A stretch of 59,797 bases of DNA, filler included, from Malassezia furfur (lineage: Eukaryota): NCBI GenBank assembly GCA_052055015.1. It is 8 parts of 8 records of this genome, joined end to end, with 100 filler letters (N's around TTAATTAATTAA, not from the genome) between each part and the next. Parts side by side here need not be neighbours in the genome. Positions count along the whole stretch, not along the records: positions 52,502 to 59,797 come from JBQJIT010000504.1; 7 more parts are not named here. One strand, given 5' to 3'. A model generated the notes under the pieces. It was not told where the DNA came from. It ran no database searches and saw only the letters and a list, made by a program, of their open reading frames with translations. How positions within the stretch are numbered: position 1 is the first letter of the stretch; each line of letters begins with the position of its first letter. The translations under genes were made by a program, and so were the position numbers. Below are positions 54,932-59,797 of this stretch, piece after piece.

Positions 54932-57052
54932 ATGGCTGCGCCTCTGGACGATGCCGGGGCGCCTCGGGAAGCGCCTGCCGAGCGCCTCGTCTCGCAGCGG
55001 TATGGCCGCGAGTCGATGTACGTCGAGCTCGTGCAGGATATGATCTGCGTCGTGCTTGCCCACGAAAGCGACCTCTTTACGGAGCGCGAGCGCGCGTGTC
55101 TGCAGCACATCATCCTCCTGCCGTATGAGGCGCGCTACCTGTTCGTGCGGCTTGTGCAGCGCAAGCGCACCTGGCACCGTCTCGACCGCCTCGCATACGA
55201 CGGCGAAATAGCCGACGTGGCGGCCGCCTGCACGGCCCTGTGCTGCCCGTTCGGCGTGCCGACGGCGCCAAGCGATTCCGAGGCGCCCGCACACGGCGCT
55301 GACCACGAACTGTATCGCTTCGCGATGATGGACGTCGAAATGGCGGGCGGCATCGAGGCGCGGCTCGCGACGCTCCGTCTCGACGAGCTCAAGCAGCTCG
55401 CCAAGCGCCTCGGCGTCGCGCGTCGCGCCAAGACGCGCGACGCACTGGTGGCCGAGCTGCTGGCCAAGCCAAAGAACGCGACGCTGCTGTCTTTCGGCGC
55501 GCCGGGTGCCGTACGTGAGCTCGGGATGGACGCGCACGCGTGGCACTCGCGCCTCGAGACCGAGCTCGCACGCGTCGCGCCGGGCTGCATCTGCGTTGTG
55601 CCCGACGTCGCGCGGCTGCTGGATCGCGTGGGTCTCGTGTACTACCGCGGGCGCCCCGCGTGGGGCTCGCTACTCACCGCGGCGGTGCTTGCGCGTACAC
55701 ACAAGTGGCACTTTCCCGCCTACCGCATCGAGCGCACGCCGGATTTGTTCGGCTCACGCGCACAGCTGCTCGCATTTGAGCATGCATTGCAGCTCGAGGA
55801 GGCAATGGACGAGCAGATCGACGCACTCAGCACGTCACCGGACGCCGCGCGCCACGGCGTCAAGGTGCTCGACGCGGCGTGGCCGGACTGGCAGCGCGCG
55901 CTGCAGGACGTGCGCACCCGATACCCCGCGGGCGACGCGCTCGACCCGCACGCGTACGTACGCATGCAGTTCCACCCCGGTTGGGTGCTCACGCGCGTCG
56001 TGTACAAAGGATGCGAGTGCCTCGCGCGTCTCGGACACCGGCACCGCGAGCAGCGCCTGCTGTGTGCGCTGCTATCGCAGCGCTACTTCCGCCGCGGCCG
56101 CCGGGGACAATGGCACGAGCGTCTTGCCCTCCTCGCGGCCAAGCCGCAGGACGGTGTGCCGGTGGCCGATGCCCGGCGCGCGGCGCTCGCACGGTGCGAG
56201 GCGGCGCTCCACGACCCCGACACGCACCTTATCTACCAGTTTTCGCTGCAGCGGCGCATCGAGCGGCTCGAGGCCCAGCTCAAGATACCCCCCGCTGCGC
56301 GGCACAACTTTGCGCATCACCAGCTGCGCAACGCACACCACCGCACCATCCGCGGCACGCGGCTCGCACCACCCGCTGGGCGCACCGGCACACGCAGCCT
56401 GTGGCGCAGCGCGAGCGGCGCCAGCATCTCGGTCGAGGAGCTGTGCCTCGAGGCATACGCACAGCGCCAGTTTCGCGGCGCACACTGCGAGGGCAGCATC
56501 GTGCTTTTCTTGTTCACGCTGCTCATGTGGGACGTACTGTTTGCGCCGGTCGACGGCGCATTTGAGACGGCGTACCAACGCGAGCCGCTTGACCTGCCCA
56601 CCGACGTGTTCGCCGTCGCGCGCCGCGGCGCCATCGACGCGCGCCTCGCCGAGATTGAGGCGACGGGCGGGGTGGACCTCGTGCGCGCCGTCGACGCACG
56701 CGAGCGCCCGCAGCGGACGGCGGCAGTCGCCTGCCGCTGGGACGACTTTTCTGCGGAGGACCTGGCAGAGATTGCCGAGTGCATTGGCGGCCGCGCACTG
56801 GCACTGCTGTGCCGCCTGCTGTGTGAAGAGTGGGCGATGCGCACGAGCGGGTTTCCGGATCTATGCCTATGGCGCTACGCGGACCGCACCGTATGCTTTG
56901 CCGAGGTCAAAGGGCCCAACGACCGCCTCAGCGAGAAGCAAAAGGTGTGGATCGACGTGCTCATCCGCGCCGGTCTGACCGTGGAGCTCGCGCGCGTCGA
57001 GGACCTGGGCGCTCGCAGTCCGTCCAAACGACAGCGGTGTGAGAATGCCTAA
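54932..57052 (+). CDS. FAN1: Fanconi-associated nuclease 1 (VRR-NUC); start uncertain
   Basis: LFVRLVQRK, SAP-like segment, RRGQWHERLAL, VEELCL, HCEG, SGFPDLCLW..FAEVKGPNDRLSEKQKVW. Confidence 0.92.
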   Translation: MAAPLDDAGAPREAPAERLVSQRYGRESMYVELVQDMICVVLAHESDLFTERERACLQHIILLPYEARYLFVRLVQRKRTWHRLDRLAYDGEIADVAAACTALCCPFGVPTAPSDSEAPAHGADHELYRFAMMDVEMAGGIEARLATLRLDELKQLAKRLGVARRAKTRDALVAELLAKPKNATLLSFGAPGAVRELGMDAHAWHSRLETELARVAPGCICVVPDVARLLDRVGLVYYRGRPAWGSLLTAAVLARTHKWHFPAYRIERTPDLFGSRAQLLAFEHALQLEEAMDEQIDALSTSPDAARHGVKVLDAAWPDWQRALQDVRTRYPAGDALDPHAYVRMQFHPGWVLTRVVYKGCECLARLGHRHREQRLLCALLSQRYFRRGRRGQWHERLALLAAKPQDGVPVADARRAALARCEAALHDPDTHLIYQFSLQRRIERLEAQLKIPPAARHNFAHHQLRNAHHRTIRGTRLAPPAGRTGTRSLWRSASGASISVEELCLEAYAQRQFRGAHCEGSIVLFLFTLLMWDVLFAPVDGAFETAYQREPLDLPTDVFAVARRGAIDARLAEIEATGGVDLVRAVDARERPQRTAAVACRWDDFSAEDLAEIAECIGGRALALLCRLLCEEWAMRTSGFPDLCLWRYADRTVCFAEVKGPNDRLSEKQKVWIDVLIRAGLTVELARVEDLGARSPSKRQRCENA

Positions 57053-57056
57053 CGAT

Positions 57057-57770
57057 CTACTGGACCACGAGTTTGGGCGGCTCGGCTCGGTACAAGTCGA
57101 GTGGAATGTCGCCGATGTAATGCTCGTCGCCAAAGCCGCCCACATAGTAGATGCGTGTCGGTGCGAACCGCGCCCACTTGGCCAAGTGGGGGCTGTATGG
57201 AGATCCCGGTGCCCAAGCGGCCGCATCAGGGTGATAGTGCCGGAAACACGCCGCGAGGTCGTCACTCGCCGCGTGCTTGCTGGGCACCACCGTCATGGTG
57301 CCATGCATATTCACGCGTGCCTTGGACGGCATGCCCTTGCGCCACATGGGCCGCTCGGACGGCCACCGCAGGCGGCCAGCGGGCGACGTGACGCTGTGCC
57401 GCACGTCCACCACGCTCGGGTCCGCGTTCGAGTGGATCAGCACCGAGGCCGTGGCATTAGGCGCCAACGCGTTACGCCAGTTCTCCGACACGGGCAGCGC
57501 AAGAAACAGCAGATCGCCCTCGCGCGCACCATCCACCTGGTCAATGAGCGACGCGTTGAAGCATGGCGCATAGTACTCGGCGCCGATCACCACCTCGCCG
57601 TCGCGCGAGACGCTCCCCAGCGAGGCCACGTAGAAGGTCGTATCGTCCACCAACAGCCTGCGCAGATCCTTGGCGGCTGGATTAGCATGCCACGTACCTG
57701 TCTCTGCGTGTTCCCATGCACACACACCCATGCACAGCAGCAGTGCGCCTACCGCGCCGACCCACCGCAT
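57057..57770 (-). CDS. Secreted CREG-like / pyridoxamine-oxidase split-barrel protein; intron 57677-57697
   Basis: Signal peptide, EYYAPC, RVNMHG, CFRHYHPDAAAW.PG, IYYVGGFGDEHYIG.I. Confidence 0.75.
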   Translation of the reverse strand: MRWVGAVGALLLCMGVCAWEHAETGTWHANPAAKDLRRLLVDDTTFYVASLGSVSRDGEVVIGAEYYAPCFNASLIDQVDGAREGDLLFLALPVSENWRNALAPNATASVLIHSNADPSVVDVRHSVTSPAGRLRWPSERPMWRKGMPSKARVNMHGTMTVVPSKHAASDDLAACFRHYHPDAAAWAPGSPYSPHLAKWARFAPTRIYYVGGFGDEHYIGDIPLDLYRAEPPKLVVQ

Positions 57771-57838
57771 CGTGGTTCCCCACATCGTGCGATCAGGCCA
57801 TCAGCATCGGGCGATCGGGTGGAGGTCGTGTTGACGCC

Positions 57839-59134
57839 ATGGCGAAACGCGCGCGCACGGACGAAGCGACGCGCGACGCGTCGCCGTCGCTGCCGGACCC
57901 GCAGGCGCCCGCGCCCAATATTGCGCCAGAGCTTGGATTTACGGCACAGGACCTGATTCAGCAGCAGGAGCAGCTCGAAGCAGACGCAAACGCCGCCTAC
58001 CCCTTCCAGATCGACACATGCACCCATGCCCTCGGGCCCATCCGCCAGCCGGTGTATGCGTGCCGGACGTGCGGCGGCGGTGGCGTGTGTGCGGCATGCA
58101 GCGTCATGTGCCATGGTGAGCACGAGCTCGTCGAGCTGTTCCACAAGCGCGACTTCCAGTGCGACTGCGGTACGCCGTCGCTGTACCGCGAACGCACCGA
58201 CCTGACCGATACCGACCGGCCGCGCGACGCACAGCCCTGTGCGCTGCGCAAGCATGAGCCCAACAAGGGCTGGGATGAGCCGAACCACAACAAGTATACC
58301 CACAATTTCCAGGGGCATTTCTGTATCTGCGAGCGCGGCAAGTCGTACGACCCCCAGACCGAGGAAGAGACCATGTACCAGTGCCTTGTATGCGAAGAGT
58401 GGTACCATGAGTCGTGCACATCGCTGGGCACGCGCCGCATCCTCTCGGCAGATGTGTTTGAGCACCTCGTGTGCGACGCTTGTGTCCAGCATCCCGATGC
58501 GCGCTTGCTGCGTACCTACGCCGGGACACGGCACTGGATGCTGCTAGCGCCAGGGGGGCCGGCTGCGTGGGACGGCGTTACGGCCGAAGTGCACGGCGAT
58601 TGGAAGCTGTACGGCTGCGCAGGCGCCGCGTCGACGGCCCCGGAGGCGGCGCCCACATCCGAAGCGGCTCCTGCAGTGCCGCCCGCCTCGGACGCGACAC
58701 CGCTCGGGAAGCGCGCGCGTGCGTCCTGTACGTCGCCGACCGAGATCCACCCCAGTGTGCTGCAGGCTGAAGCACGTACCGACGTCTTCCTTGACGCTTC
58801 GTTCCGGCAGCGGCTGTGCGACTGTGCGGACTGCGAAGCTGCGTGGCGCGCTCAGTACCCCTACGTCTACGAGGAGGAGACGACGTATGAGCCGCCGACC
58901 GAGATGGATGATGCGGCGTCGACGACGAGCTCGACGTACGACCGCGCCGTCGCGGCGCTGGGACAGCTGCCGCGGGTGCAGATGCTCGAGTCGCTGCGGG
59001 CGTACGAGCAGCTGCGCAATGCGCTGTATGAGCACCTGCGCCCCTACGCAGAGCGGCACGAGCCTGTGGACGAAGAGGCAGTCCGCGCCTTCTTCCGGGA
59101 ACATGAGGCACGGCGTAGTCAGTCCAAAAGCTAG
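57839..59134 (+). CDS. UBR7: UBR7/Mlo2-like E3 ligase (UBR box + PHD)
   Basis: RQPVYACRTC..CAACSVMCHGEHELVELFHKRDFQCDCG, YTHNFQGHFCIC, MYQCLVCEEWYHESC. Confidence 0.92.
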   Translation: MAKRARTDEATRDASPSLPDPQAPAPNIAPELGFTAQDLIQQQEQLEADANAAYPFQIDTCTHALGPIRQPVYACRTCGGGGVCAACSVMCHGEHELVELFHKRDFQCDCGTPSLYRERTDLTDTDRPRDAQPCALRKHEPNKGWDEPNHNKYTHNFQGHFCICERGKSYDPQTEEETMYQCLVCEEWYHESCTSLGTRRILSADVFEHLVCDACVQHPDARLLRTYAGTRHWMLLAPGGPAAWDGVTAEVHGDWKLYGCAGAASTAPEAAPTSEAAPAVPPASDATPLGKRARASCTSPTEIHPSVLQAEARTDVFLDASFRQRLCDCADCEAAWRAQYPYVYEEETTYEPPTEMDDAASTTSSTYDRAVAALGQLPRVQMLESLRAYEQLRNALYEHLRPYAERHEPVDEEAVRAFFREHEARRSQSKS

Positions 59135-59797
59135 TCTATGAGGTATTTGCGCTTGAAGAAGCCACGCAGGTGGTATACCTGCCACACGCCGAGGACCGTC
59201 ACGGCGAGCAGCGAGAACCACGCAAAGCCGTGCACGCGGCGGAGCGTCGAGTCTGGGTCAGGGGTGCGCACGTACCGTTGGTCGAGCTGAGGCGCTGCTC
59301 GCGCGATTTGAGGTACTCCATCTCGTCGAGGATCTCATCGGCCGTCGTCGCCAGCTTGCGGAGTTCCGTCTCCATGCCCGAGAGCGACTCTTGGTTCGCG
59401 ATGGCGTTGTAGTCGATAGCGTCGCCGCCGAGGTGCACGTCGAGGTCGATGTCGGACACGAGATGGTCGCCTGGGTGAGTGAGGAGCGACGTACGTTTCC
59501 CGCGGTTCAGAATGCACACACCGAGGTCGGCGTCATGGTGTGTGTTAATCGCGAGGCGCGTCTCATCGGTGAGCCCCTTTTTGCTGAGGTACACGTTGTG
59601 GTGCGTGCGGTCCACGACCTTCACCTCGATGCTCTGGTCGGCGGCGGTGCGCGCGTCGCGCGGCACGACGTTGATCGAGATGATGGCGAGCGTGTCTTCC
59701 AGTGCATAGTTCCAGATGCACAGCGGCGTCGGGTTCTTGGACGCGTGCAGCTCAAACTTGATGGCCGCGGCCCCTGCCGCGAGGCTCAGCAGCCACG
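59131..59797 (-). CDS. ERV25: p24 family cargo receptor (Erv25-like), 5' end outside the window; introns 59471-59494 and 59253-59275
   Basis: GOLD domain, DVHLGGDAIDYNAIANQESLS..E, EMEYLKSRE..TN, TM helix, WQVYHLRGFFKRKYLID*. Confidence 0.9.

Overview
Eukaryotic, GC-rich, extremely gene-dense fungal DNA. The genes look basidiomycete, and the compactness and tiny introns suggest Malassezia (inference). The window is not one locus. It is eight unrelated contigs joined by artificial 100-nt linkers (N44-TTAATTAATTAA-N44) and sorted by decreasing length (7463, 7448, 7364, 7348, 7337, 7330 nt for the six complete ones), so neighbourhoods across linkers mean nothing. About 40 mostly housekeeping genes are supported, including DUF3712/Tag1-like, NUP2-like, CUS2, COQ1, PTH1, COX10, two tandem SDRs, YCF1-like ABC, ACO2, kinesin-6, ICP55, IMP3, NAR1, RCO1-like, SOS7, KGD2, HEM25, RasGEF, TBC, arrestin-like, SNU13, SIS1, myosin II, FAN1, UBR7 and ERV25. 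No RNA genes, mobile elements or CRISPR arrays were recognised. The most striking signal is a miniaturised gene-expression architecture. I count 27 candidate spliceosomal introns of 21-34 nt (mode 21), with the branch point fused to the 3' splice site and no polypyrimidine tract; 9 are in-frame and stop-free. Convergent genes have stop codons that abut or overlap, and about 70% of stops are TAG. Very short promoters repeatedly carry GTCACGTG, and gene-class-specific motifs also recur.
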